Origin: Octopus bimaculoides
Lineage: Eukaryota
NCBI RefSeq assembly: GCF_001194135.2
Contig: NC_068984.1
Coordinates: 122,836,921 to 122,900,920, forward strand
Direction of reading: 5' to 3'
Length of the DNA stretch: 64,000 bases
Below, in pieces: positions 1 to 13,228 of this stretch; position 1 is the first letter of the stretch, and each line of letters begins with the position of its first letter. The notes under the pieces were generated by a model. It did no database searches and was not told where the DNA came from. It saw only the letters and a list, made by a program, of their open reading frames with translations. The translations under genes were made by a program, and so were the position numbers.

Positions 1-423
1 TTGAGTAGTAATGTATGTGTGATAGAGATTGATAACTCAGATGCATTTAGCCTTGCTGTGGAACAGAGCTCACATGTTCTTTTTGGCATCTTTGGAATGT
101 ATTCATTTTAGTGATTTGGTGGGATAAAAAAACTACCTGGATTTGAACTGAGAGCAATGAATTAACGCATTGAATAAAATGCATCATGGTCTTTGACTCT
201 TTGTGCTATGAGTTCAGATTCTGCTTATGGCAACCAAGTTCCAACCTACTAAAAAAACAATCATCCTAATTTCAGAGTGAGACTTTGTGTATGTGTGTGT
301 GNNNNNNNNNNNNNNNNNNNNNNNNNNNNNNNNNNNNNNNNNNNNGGGGGGGGGGGGTATACTGTTTCTTTGTGGATTGGATTAGAAGGGAAAAAAAGCA
401 ACCAATTCAATAAGCGGGGAATA

Positions 424-711
424 CTATTTAATAATAGTATTTCCCGCTTATCGTTGCCAGTGCCCCTGGACTGGCTCTTGTGCGGGTGGCACATAAAAGA
501 CACCATTTCGAGCGTGGCCGTTTTCGTGCGGGTGACACGTAAAAGCACCCACTACACTCTCTGAGTGGTTGGCGTTAGGAAGGGCATCCAGCTGTAGAAA
601 CTCTGCCAAATTGGATTGGAGCCTGGTGTTGCCATCCGGTTTCACCAGTCCTCAGTCAAATCGTCCAACCCATGCTAGCATGGAAAGCGGACGTTAAACG
701 ACGATGATGAT
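424..711 (+). mobile_element. SINE/RTE-type 3' end with (GAT)n tail
   Basis: Ends ...catgctagcatggaaagcggacgttaaacgacgatgatgat; related copies at 23758-23950(-), 27451-27641(-), 40700-40870(-), 55600-55772(+). Confidence 0.8.
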
Positions 712-720
712 TATGATGAA

Positions 721-893
721 TAGTTGTAGATAAGTTATTTCAAGTTTCATACTTGAAAAGTACAATATTCAGTCACACTTATGTGATGTGTGCTGTATAC
801 GATCCAGGAATCATTCAGGCTATGGCTTTTACAAGCACAGCTGAATATCGTACTTTTCAAGTATGAAAACTTGAAGTAGCTTGCCCATAACTA
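721..893. mobile_element. MITE-like element with ~52-bp imperfect terminal inverted repeats
   Basis: 721-772 is the approximate reverse complement of 841-893 (core catacttgaaaagtac / gtacttttcaagtatg). Confidence 0.7.
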
Positions 894-921
894 CTGCATT
901 TATTAAATGATGGGGAGGAGA

Positions 922-958
<37 letters not shown>

Positions 959-1663
959 AAGGTACGGAAATAGATCAGACAGACAGATAGATCAATATGG
1001 ATTGGTATTTAAAATATATAATAAATATAAACTTTTTGTGTTGTATCATTCAACCAGTATTTACTTCAATTACTGCTTGTAATGTATTCTCTTCCTCTAC
1101 TTCTTTCTCTCTCTCTCTCTCTCTCCTTCCCTCTCTCCCCACACATTTTCATGTGTATAAACTCCTCCCTCCCCTTCTCTCTGTAACTTTCTTTTGCTCT
1201 CCTATTTCTCTTTGTGGAGGAGATGAACACTGGGAGTTGTGCCAGTTGTGTATATACCAAACCAGCAGCTCTGCTTTGTTATCACACACTGCACCATTGC
1301 TTCAATACTAGCCACCACCACCACTACTACCACTGGCCACCTGTCAGTTATGGCAATAGTCCAGTTTCTTGGTCAAAAATTTTGTCTCTTTTGTTGTTAT
1401 ATCTTTCAATGGTTGCCAAACAACTGTGAGTTCAAATCTTGATGCCTGCATTTTGTATGGTGTCTCTTATGAGCACAGTCATCATTAATTGACAGTAATT
1501 TGTTGTTGTCATTCATTAACTCTCACACAATTATGCTCAGCCTTATCAGTGGTACGTATGTGGCTGTTTGAATAATAGTAGATTGTTGTTGCCTAGTTCC
1601 AGATCAGCCCTGATCAAGCAACATTTCAGACCACCCTAGCTTTTATATAAATAAATATATATG

Positions 1664-1997
1664 TGAAGGTGCATGGCTCAGTGGTTAGTGTTGGGCTCAC
1701 AATCATAATGTAGTGAGTTCAATTCCTGAACCAGGCTGTGTGTTGCGTTCTTGACCAAAACACTTTCATGTTGCTCCATTTTACTCAGCTGTAGAAATGG
1801 GTTGTGTCATCATTGGTACCAAGCTTTTATTGGTCTTTGCCTTTCCCTTGGATAACATCAGTGGCATGGAAAGGGGACGCTGGTATGCATGGGCAACTGT
1901 TGGTCTTCCATATACAACCTTGCCCTGACTTGTGCCTTGAATGGGAACTTTCTAGGTGCAATACCATGGTCATTCATGACCAAAGGGGAGTCTTTAA
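1664..1997 (+). mobile_element. tRNA-derived SINE
   Basis: A-box-like tggctcagtgg and B-box-like gagttcaattcc, then a central gttcttgaccaaaacactt...ctcagctg domain; same head at 23071(+) and 61588(-). Confidence 0.8.
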
Positions 1998-2022
1998 TGT
2001 GTGTGTGTGTGTGTATGTATAT

Positions 2023-2072
<50 letters not shown>

Positions 2073-2608
2073 CTACATTATCCAATGTGACCATGCTTTT
2101 TTAAGGTGATAGTGTGAGAAGGGACATTTCAAACATCTTTTTACTTGAACAGTTAGCATAATTATTGTACATTACACCTTTAAATGCACTTGTTCTAAGA
2201 ATTCTTTCATAAACAATTGCATTTGAAGAACCATTTCACTCATACTTGCATGGTTAGAAGAACACAATCCTACTTCTTTGTAGTATATCAGATAATCAAG
2301 TCAGTAGGCTATGATACAACCTGTGATACAGTTAGTGGTCCATTTATTGTCAACAGCACTGTTCAGTGCCTATCACCAATACACTTAGCTCACAAAGATT
2401 AATTTTATCATTTGACTGTAGTTTCCCCAAACTCAGTCCATCATATCAGTAAAGCCCCTTCATTAATGCCTGTAACACCTACATCTAGTGTTTGGTTGGT
2501 TTAAATTCTACCCCCAAAACATCCCTCTCGCAGGATTGTTAAAACAATAGCAATCACTCATCATACACCCCACACATAATTTTACATTTGATATATCTTT
2601 TTCCACAG

Positions 2609-2707
2609 ACCGGATTCACACCATTGTACATGGCAGCACAAGAAGGCCATTCTGAAGTGGTCAAGTTTCTCTTGGACAACGGGGCTAGCCAGAGCCTTGC
2701 CACTGTG
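2609..2707 (+). CDS. ANK2: Ankyrin exon, ANK repeat 4 ([33 protein letters not shown])
   Basis: cag| acceptor, |gtaagt donor, 99 nt, phase 0-0; matches canonical ankyrin repeat 4 ([11 protein letters not shown]). The symbol denotes ANK2/unc-44-like; orthology not tested. Confidence 0.95.
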
Positions 2708-3802
2708 GTAAGTATTATTGTCCTCTTTTTTTTGTACAATTGTTATTAAATCTTTAATATTTGTAGATTAACAATAATGAAGTTCATATACATGTACATT
2801 TTACTGATGTATAATATATTAATGAAGTAATGAGATTTCATTTGAAAAAGCTACCCAATTTTGCCTGTTAGTTCAGTCGACAGTGGTTGGCAGAACCAAT
2901 TATCCACTAGTAAAGACAGTTACATAAAAAAAAGATTATCCCAAACTATGAAAGCATGAAAAAAATGGATATAATGCATTAAAAATAAATTGAGCAATCC
3001 ACTTCTTTCAATCACAGTCCACTATAACTGTGTGTCTTGGCCTTCATGAATAATACAAGTTTGTCTAAACCAGGCAGACTGTACTGTACTTTACTGCTAC
3101 TTTATGAACCTCGAAAGGATTAAAGACAAAGTTGGTCTTGGCAGGATTTGAAAGCAGAGTGTAAAAGAGCCAGAAGATATATTGCATGGTATTCTGCCAC
3201 TTCATTGCCATAATGATAATGATTTCTAACTTAATCCATTACCTCCCATAATTCTATTAACTGGAATTTTTTTTATGAAACTTTGATTTATAGCATAAAA
3301 CAGCCTTAGAAACATGCTGGAATGATCAAAATAACATTTCAAAATAACATTTTAAATAGAAATAAGCGAGATATTGGGTGAAAAATTAGCAAACCTCATT
3401 TGAATATCAGAGAAATATACCTAGTAGATATAGCAAAAAGGTTAGATATGTGTAAATATTGACAGATAATTACGAAATTTGTGATTTTTAAGTGATCTCA
3501 TATGAGATCACTGGTAGATAATGGGTTAAGCACAAGACCACAAGTTTTACTTGACCTTGTTACTTGGCTGATACTTATTTTATCAACTCCTGAAGGATGA
3601 CAGCCAAAAGTGGCTCTGACAGAATTCTGACTTAAAACATAAATACCTTTTTTTCTGATGGTCTCCTAATTCTATCATCTACTCCAGTAAGAATGATGAT
3701 GATAGTAATGATAGTAAAAACCTACCTCATCTAAAAGTGAATTTGTGTGAGATGTTCCACGGGTGAATGTAGTATAAATAAAGTATTTTGTCTCTATTTC
3801 AG

Positions 3803-3988
3803 GATGGTTTCACTCCACTTGCTGTAGCACTACAACAAGGGCATGATAAGGTTGTAGCTGTTCTCCTAGAACATGACACCAAAGGCAAAGTTCGCCTGCC
3901 AGCCTTACATATCGCTGCTAAAAAAGATGACATTGGATCAGCAAACCTTTTGCTTCAAAATGACCACAACGCTGACAGTTCTACCAAG
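3803..3988 (+). CDS. ANK2: Ankyrin exon, repeats 5-6 ([18 protein letters not shown]...[17 protein letters not shown]...DSSTK)
   Basis: ttcag|...|gtaagt, 186 nt; the short repeat 5 ending [10 protein letters not shown] is diagnostic of canonical ankyrins. Confidence 0.97.
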
Positions 3989-6966
3989 GTAAGTGTGGCA
4001 CATACTTATGTATGTATGTTTATGTATGTAAGAGAGAGAAAAGAGGTAGGTTTGTTGGCAGTGAAAAAGGNNNNNNNNNNGCGGGCGAGCGGGAGAGCGA
4101 GCGAGAGAGAAAGAAAGAAATTGGAAAGGTATGGAGAAAGAGTGTGTATATGTGCATGTGTACCTCTGTCAATGATTATGGATATGAGGCTGTGAACGTG
4201 TATGTTTGAGGTATTTGATTAGGAGGTGCTATGTATGAAATGTATGGTAAAGGTGTTGGATGTATTTATCTAGGCTCAAGGAGTTGATATGTGTGTTTAC
4301 CAACATTGAGAAAACATCATGTAATTCTGATTAAAATATGAAGAATATGATCCCTTCACCCATTTTCTTCCCACACTTCTTCAAGAGTCTTTTTAGCCCC
4401 CACCTTCCTCCAGGTCACTTGATTTAATTTGCATGTTTGATAGACTTAACCTAACCAATAAAACTAATACAATGTTTGAACTTAGACTAAAAGAGTGATG
4501 ATTTTTACCTGTTTTGATTTTTCTCTATCTACCTTGTCCAAGCTAAGGAGGAGTAGGCCCTCCTACTACATCAGTGTTAAGTTGCTTTTCTACAGGTCTC
4601 AATGTGAGAGGGGGGAGGGAGATAAGAACAACCCTGTCTCTAAAATGACAAGAGATCCCCCTTCCTCCCATAAATATGTGGAGACCACTGAAATGTAGCA
4701 GGGACTTAATGAGATTAAAACAGATGTAAAAACTAAGCGATGAAGAAGCTGATAAAGCTATTCCAGTAACTCTTCACATTTATTGCTTGAGACCCCTTCT
4801 ATGTTAAGTATGGCCATACTATTGAAAGGGATTTAAAACCCTTTCTCTCTGTTTATTATTGTAGTGTACTATTGAAGGTGGTTTCAGATTCCTTCTAGTA
4901 GATTGTTAAAGAAGTTATTAGACATCCATCTGTCTAGTAATAACTATTGTAGCTACATATACTTAACAAATTTATGCCTCTGCTTAAGAGATACGTCTCC
5001 AAGTGTTTAGCATATTATCTTTTAATAAGCAGTTACTCTCATCTAACTACATACTTGGGGTTTAGTACCAATTCCCTTATTTTTTTTTTATTTCTTTTAA
5101 TTCTTATAAGTACACATTTACACTTTGAAAGCAGTACCCTGTAAGTTCGCTTGCTTTGTGTAGATCATGAATTCAAAATCTGCTGCTTAAACAGGAAACG
5201 TATGTTACCTATTAAATCAACTGCCAGCAGAATGCAAAGTGAACATTTTTTGTTATTTGAAGGGAGCCTACTCTGTACCTTTCAGACAAGACATTGATGT
5301 CTACAGTCTATATAGTTATCTCCCTTCGCTACTAAATTGCCTCGATGATTTCGTTTTACCTTTATTATTATTATTTATTTTCGTCCAATTATAATATTGA
5401 TCCCAGCTTCACCGATGGACATACAGATCTTTGTTTCTGAAAATGGCCCTAGTTATATAGCCCTCCCTCTCATCTTAACATCTGCATGTTGTCTACTAAC
5501 AGGATTTGATATTGCCAAATACAATCTAACAAAGAAATGGCTTGCTGTGAAAATAAGCATGATATTTATGTTGATGATATCTAAAAAATATTTTATTTAG
5601 ATTTACAAGTCAGTAGATTCACAAATCAATAGATTCACAAATCATTAACATTTAATAACTGCAGGTCCTGTCTTTTCTTCAAATATAGAGTGTCTATTGA
5701 ATATATCCTTCCATTTTTAAGATAATAAAATGTGATTTCAAAGAGATTTTCCTGCTATTTCTAGCAGGTTGTTCAACTGCACAAAGGCTCCATTCATTAG
5801 CTTGTGGAGTAAATGGTTGTTCTTTGAGGTGTATAATAATTTGTGTCATAAATTCTGTATCCATAATGACAAAAGTTGTGGCTTGTTTAAAACTTTTATT
5901 AATCCCATTATCACCGTAGGAGCACAGGGCGGTTTAACTGTACTAAAGTAGAAAATAGTTTTGTAACACCCAAGGTTATCAAGATTACAACGATGTTGTC
6001 ATTTGAATAACTAAAATATCATCACCTAAATAACAAAACTGAAATAAACAAATTTCTTGATTGTTAAGCAGGTTTAGCTAACACATTAGCTTCATCAATA
6101 ACATATTGATATGTCCATTTGGGACATTGATGAATATGATGAGTGTTTTTTTGTTTTTTTTTTATCTTAACAATTATAAGGCATTTAAAGATTTTGAAAG
6201 AGATGATATTTGTTTGAATTTAGTCTAGTGTGTTATCATGTTTATAATATTAAAACTATAGTGAAAAAATTAACACAAAATTAACCCTAATGCAACATAT
6301 AAACCCAGACAAATGAGGCTGTGAACTCAGATGTGATATAACAATTCATGCAGGTTCTCTTGCCTTCGGTGCCATCAGCACTCACCTGTTACTTAACAAC
6401 AGTAGTAATAGTAATGAATTAATAAAAGTAATGATAATAATTCAGTAATAATGACAATTTAACCAAAATAATTTGATAATAATGTTGTGATTGTTCAGTA
6501 GAAATAATAATAATAATAATAGTTTCTAACTTTAGCTGAAGACAAATGAAATAATGGCAGTTTAACAGCAGCAGTGATAAGGATTTAATAATATTATTAA
6601 TTTTAATATTTATAATAATAATAATAATAATAGTAGTAAAAAAATTGTTAAAGATGACTAACAGGAAACAAACTAGTATCGTTTTCTCAACACAATGTTT
6701 AAATGTGTGCATAAGCAGCAACTGAATATGAAACAAATGATATGATTGCTAATGAAGTCACAACACTATTTACAGACATTCATGTCTGGTGTTATGAGTT
6801 CATTAACAACTATTAGTTTCACATTTAGTTGCAAAACATTTGCTCTCATCTGTTTTGTTATGATATATATTATACTATTAACATCTAAATAATACACACA
6901 CAGACACTTGTATGTAATTTACAATATAGCTTTATATATAGATATATATAATTGTCACTAAAGTTA

Positions 6967-7240
6967 ACTAGGGTGTTTGGAACATCTACATTGCTAGAAA
7001 TAAGAGCTAAAATGCACTAATGCTGTAGTCAGTGTACATAAACGTAAGCATATACACTAACAGGGGACTTTAATCGTCCAAAAAATGCCAATCAAGAATT
7101 CCTAATACTGACATCAGTTTCGGCAATTTCATCTCAGTTAGGACTGGCTTGAACTTTGGCTCTTTTTGGACTCGTTGACTATAGCATTACTGCATTTTAG
7201 CTCTTATTTCTAGCAATGTCAGTGTTTCTAACACCCTAGT
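6967..7240. mobile_element. MITE-like element with 65-bp terminal inverted repeats
   Basis: 6967-7031 is the reverse complement of 7176-7240 with few mismatches (acattgctagaaataagagctaaaatgca exact); no clear TSD. Confidence 0.75.
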
Positions 7241-8270
7241 CACATTTAGTAACAATTATAATTCTTCTTTTTGGTGAAACATTGCGACTGCTGTTTATAT
7301 AAATGTTATATATATATATATAAAAAGCTTGTTGTAAATTACATATATATAATTATTAATTATTTGTATATCTTAAGTCATTTTTACTATAAATTATATC
7401 TCTGTTATAAAGCAAAATTGTACATAAATTACAATAGTCATTTGAGACACTTGACATCTCTGTTTCAGTGTCTTTTCCATATTCTGACATTTAAAATTTT
7501 TTTTTAATATTTTCTGAAGAAGCCATAAGCACAATTAAGGGAAGAAATTAAGAGAAATAATAATGTTTTCTAACATTGGTACAAGACTACAAAAGAGTGC
7601 ATATCTCAGTTTTATCAAATATAGTCCTCTATGAGGACAGACTTTTTTAAGGCAGGGGACATTTGCATATATCCACATGCACACACATTCACACATTTAT
7701 GTGTCTATGTATACATGCTGCTGCCACAAAGAAGGATTGAGAAGTTGCATTACATTAAATTTCTCAACTTGAAATACTTGTGGCTCCACATATTTATTCA
7801 TATTCTTGTCTATTCCTCCCGTTCCATACTGTGCTGCATTCATTAGACAGTCTTTTGGGTGATTGCTGTAGCATATCAGTTTTTTTCTTTAAAAGGTTGC
7901 TAATCCCCTTTTGTAGCCCTTCATTTCTGAGGAAAAGGACACTTTCCAGTGGTCTCCCACAACTCTTCTCACACTGCACCATAGTTGAATCCACAAATGA
8001 AAGACAGGGAGCAAGAGAATTGAACCTAGTTTACTGATACTTTATCAGCTCTAGAAGGATAGAAAGCAAAATGAAACCTTGTAAGATTTGAACTCAAGAT
8101 ACAAATCCTGCCAAGGTTGACTTTGCCATTCATACTTCCCAGTTGAGTATTTGCAGATCAAAGTCCCAGTCAAGTATTTGCAGATCAATTTAACCTATTA
8201 ACCCTTCCCCCAAATTTCTAACTTTGTGCCTATAATTGTTAGAAACAATTATAATTGTAGGTTAATTAGT

Positions 8271-8493
8271 TTAACCTTTTAGTTTTCAGATAACTCTATC
8301 AAAGATAATGCTTATCTATTCACATTGTTTTGAATTAGTCATGCATTAGCTTGTAGTTTTGAGATTTTGATAATGTGGTTTCTTTTTAGAATGACATTGT
8401 AGGGTAGGTGTGAGAAACCAGATGTGGCCAGTTTGAACATAAAACAAGAAGAATATTTTGGCCAGATATGGCCGGTTTCAATGTTAAAGGGTT
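8271..8493. mobile_element. piggyBac-type (TTAA) MITE
   Basis: ttaacctttt ... aaagggtt ends, ~220 bp. Confidence 0.55.
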
Positions 8494-9013
8494 GTGGTAT
8501 AATTTGTATTTTATTGGTTTTCTTTTCAAGTCATTCCATTAATTAACTTCACACCTCAGGGAAATCAATCAAGGCAAGATAATAAATTGATTTAAGTGAA
8601 GTGAATTAACCATATCACTTCACACTTGCAAAAATATACCTCTAGATGAAAAAACACCCTAGCAGCTTTATGATTATTATTATTGATGGTGGTGGTGGTG
8701 GTGGTGGTGGTGTTGTCCGTCTTAAAAGATATAGGAATTAAGTTGACAGAATATAAGACATTTCCTGATTTACGAGTTCATACTCTGCTGCAGGCATTGT
8801 CTTCTGTACCTTGGGCGAGACTTAACTTTCTCTGCTCCAATGTACATTGTATCTAGTTAAATCATAGTAATTTTCTTGTTGTTTGCAACATGGTTATTCC
8901 TCTTGCCTTACATATTTTTTCATGTACATAATTTTTTTTAATGTTTTTTTTTTTCAATTCCATTCATATATATATCTATGTTTTTTGTCTTCTATTTCTG
9001 TGTGCTCTTACAG

Positions 9014-9043
9014 AGTGGTGGGTTGGTTAATGACACAACTAAG
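9014..9043 (+). CDS. ANK2: Ankyrin 30-nt microexon (SGGLVNDTTK) between repeats 6 and 7
   Basis: Pyrimidine tract + tgctcttacag| acceptor, |gttggt donor, frame-preserving; peptide resembles the vertebrate ANK2 insert MMVNRTTE at the same junction. Confidence 0.8.
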
Positions 9044-11299
9044 GTTGGTATCTGAGCCCTAACAACCATTTAGAGCCTCTATTCATTGTTCCTCTCTCTC
9101 CGTTGTTGTTGTTGTTGTTGTTATGCCCATGATCGCATCTCACCGCCTATCATGATCGCATCTCACTCCACCTGTTGTTTACCCTGTGCTGCATGACTTT
9201 CCCGTTATAACATTCCACTTCCCTGAATGCTTTTCCCTTTCACATTGATGTCATGTTTAATCATTTTGCTTAACACATTTTGCTGTCTTCCTTCCTTCCT
9301 TTATAACAGTCCCCTATCTTTTCCTCATATTACAGTCATTGGTTGTTTAATTAATGTTCTTTTGTAAAACAAACTCAAAGATTTATGGAAAAAAATAATA
9401 TTTTGGGTGATTTTGTTTTTCTTATTTTCTTTTTTTCTTTTTTTTTGGCCTCATGGTAGAATCATGATAGTCTTTAAAAGACACACAGGTGTAATACAGT
9501 TTTAGGTTTATTTGTAATACAGTTTTAGGCTCTAAGTTGAGTCTAAAGGCTCTAAGTTGAGCCTAGAGGCTCTAAGTTGAGCCTCTTTGTCCATCATCCT
9601 TCCAAGATTAAATAAAATACTACTCAAGTACTAAGGTTGATTTAATTAACTACCCACCTGATTAATTTCTGGCCTTGTGCCTAAATAAGAAATGATGTAT
9701 TACTAGGTAACATCAAATTTGCCATTCATCTACAACCTACCTGGCCAGTGGTACTCTATTCTTGCAGTGTGATACGGTAGAAGCCGTACCAGCATAGTAA
9801 CTGCTCTGCCGATATTGGCATTTTATTTTATAAAGATACTATTACCAAACAGAAGTACTATTACTATGTAATACTATACCTTGTATTACTATACTTTGCA
9901 ATACTGTTGCAAAATATAGATTAAAAGAGTGACTACAACAGTATATGTGTGCTGTACATGGATGTATCATGGTTCTTAATACCATGAAAATATCTTATTC
10001 AATACTCAATCTTCAATCATCCTTTACTAAAACTATTAAACTTCTCAAAAAACAATTGGCTTTTTTTTTTTGGCGGTGGGGTGGGGGTTTGTAAATTGAT
10101 TTTTCTTTCCTCCGTGTTTGCATGAGTGACCCCAATGCATTATTTGGGGGAGTCAGTTGGTGTGTTTTTTTTTTTGTTGCTTTTTTAAAAAATTAAAGTT
10201 GTATGTATGCCCTTCTTAGTATTAACCACAGAGCAGTTGAGGTTAACTCCCTTGCTGCGGGTGAGGGCTCCAACAAAGTGGCTATAAGGAGTTTCAAAAT
10301 AACTTCTCATGACTTTGTGGTCAGTAGTTCAACGTTTTATCTTCCTTATATTGTCCACCAAAACCTGTAAGGTTTAGCAATGCAGGAGGTGTACAGCTAT
10401 CATTTGCTGAACTTCAATTATTATCTCTACATTAACCCATTAACAATGGATGGTCAGAATTCTATTTTTGCTTTTTTAATCAATTATGTTTGATCAGATT
10501 TCACACTTCTTGCTCACTCTGTGTATATGTGTGTACTTAATAAATACATGTTTAGTCTCACACTCGTAGGACCTTTAACAGCTTGAAATGATTATTGAAC
10601 TAATTATTTTCATTTAAACAGTCATTAGCAACCATTGACTCTCTCTTTCTGTTTGCCAAGGCAGTTTTTGAGAAGCCAGTTGTGTCCATGAAACTTAGAA
10701 GTGAATAGTCACAATTAATATTAAATATATGTACACTGTACCTTTAATTTAATGGGCTGACCTTGTCATGCAGTGTCGTATTGATTCTGACTGAAAAATA
10801 CATTAAGTATACATGTTGCTGTAGACTAGTTGATCACTTAGATTATAAGTCAATCAATTGGTTTCTTAATTCACCAAGCAGTTTCAATATTCATTGTAGA
10901 AACTGCATGATCCACCATATATATATATATATATATATANNNNNNNNNNNNNNNNNNNNNNNNNNNNNNNNNNNNNNNNNNNNNNNNNNNNNNNNNNNNN
11001 NNNNNNNNNNNNNNNNNNNNNNNNNNNNNNNNNNNNNNNNNNNNNNNNNNNNNNNNNNNNNNNNNNNNNNNNNNNNNNNNNNNNNNNNNNNNNNNNNNNN
11101 NNNNNNNNNNNNNNNNNNNNNNNNNNNNNNNNNNNNNNNNNNNNNNNNNNNNNNNNNNNNNNNNNNNNNNNNNNNNNNNNNNNNNNNNNNNNNNNNNNNN
11201 NNNNNNNNNNNNNNNNNNNNNNNNNNNNNNNNNNNNNNNNNNNNNNNNNNNNNNNNNNNNNNNNNNNNNNNNNNNNNNNNNNNNNNNNNNNNNNNNNNN

Positions 11300-11342
<43 letters not shown>

Positions 11343-11540
11343 CACATATACATAAATGCATGTGTGTATGATGTATTGAGCTCTTCAACATTACTCAACC
11401 ATTATCAGTAAGTAAACACATTCATTATAGTTGTTTCATTTTTTAGCCCTCTATTTGCTTTCTGTAGTTGTCATGTTTTGCACATTTCAGAAGCTGCTTT
11501 TTCATCTCAAGCACACACACCTACACTCACTCACACACTC

Positions 11541-11585
<45 letters not shown>

Positions 11586-13189
11586 CATGCATGCACATGA
11601 ATGTGTACATGTAGATATGTGTTTATATTATGTATTACCTTAACAGTTGTCAGCATGTGGAACTGATCATGGAATGTTTTCTGATTATCTCCCTTCCACC
11701 ACTTACTTGACTGTATAGCTTGCACATAGAAAACCCCTCTACTGGTACCTATTCGCCAGTGCGGCCCACATCACTCTTACCATCAGAATCTTTCTCTCAC
11801 TGTCAGTTCTTATGATTCTGTTCTCACTGGTAAATGCCTGTCCCCTTTCACTATCTATGATTGTTGTATTTTGGGATTGTTGTAAGTATCATGTTGTCTT
11901 CTGAACTTTTATTCTTTTATTCACCTATATGTATTTTGTGTGTGTGTGTGTGTGTTTGTTTGTGTGTGTGTGTTGAGAGAGAAAATAATCTTTCAGATGA
12001 AAAAGATACAACTACAAATCAGCTGAACCATGAGCAAAAGATGTCAAACAACACAGAGGCAGACAAACAAAGCTTCAAAGGAACATTGATAGTCAACTTA
12101 AAACAAAGTACTCAAAGCAAGAAGTCTTAGGAGTCAAGATATTTAATCAATAACCATGAACCTGCCAAATATCTTTTGTTAAACTTATGATGGTTGATTG
12201 AATATCATGTATGTGAATGTGTGTACAGGAGTTTATTGAGATGTTTAATAAACTTATATTTAGTATCACTGTGAATAAATAGACAGAAGTGAATAAGGGA
12301 CCAGCCAGCTAGTTTCATCCTTCTTAAGATTCATCAGGGATCGTTTCCTTATTTCCTTTGAAGACCACGCTCCCAAGAATATATTCTCTTGTGCAAAATG
12401 TAAACTACAATTGCTGTGAAGTAATGGGCCACACAAGTACAAACACATGAGTAAAAATGTGTTCAAAATATTTTATGCATTTAACTGAAACAGTTCCTGT
12501 TATATTTTTACTCCCATTTAACAATTAATTCTTCATTTATATTATCAAAAAAATATAAGTGAAGAGATGATTTGTTTTGTGTTTTTTACTTTTCATTTAT
12601 ATAACATTTATATCCCCTTTGGAAAGATATATTCTTAATAACTTACATTGTTTTATGTGAACATGGAATTCCTGTTCTTTATGCACGATCTAAATAAATA
12701 TGAAACTCCATTACTCATTTGTGTGTAGTATTTGGTATAGGAACACATTTGTGAAGGGGCCATCCTTTGTTGTAGTACTATCCAATGTGATAGTACCATC
12801 CCAGTGTATAATGATACTATACACTTCAGTTGTTTCAACTCATTGTAGTGGTACCATCCCTTGTAGTGATTGTTACTGATCAATTCATAGTTCTTTTAGT
12901 GCTTCAATGAGAATAGTACTTGGTAAATGCATAGTTGTTGACTGAGGTAAATTTGATTTTAAATCATGTCTGGCTCTTTTAGCATAAAGTGTGTTACCCA
13001 ATTGTTTAGTATCAGCCTTGGGCTTTAAACCTCAGATCATAGTTGCAGAGCTGTGAATAAAGACATTTCAGCCATGACCACCCTGTCTTTGCGTGTGTGT
13101 ACACATATACCCTATGCTATGTATCCTGATGAGGTCAGCCTTGCTTGAGTAAACCTATGACCAAAAGTGTTCCAGCCATGACCAATCAA

Positions 13190-13228
<39 letters not shown>

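Noticed and set aside
1664-1740. tRNA-like sequences (also 23071 and 61520-61588)
   Set aside because: These are SINE heads with A/B boxes; no complete cloverleaf, and they continue into SINE bodies
10763-11398. Long ORFs spanning N runs (also 31088-31551, 36448-36923, 261-564, 20458-20828)
   Set aside because: Artefacts of assembly gaps and (TA)n/(CA)n microsatellites
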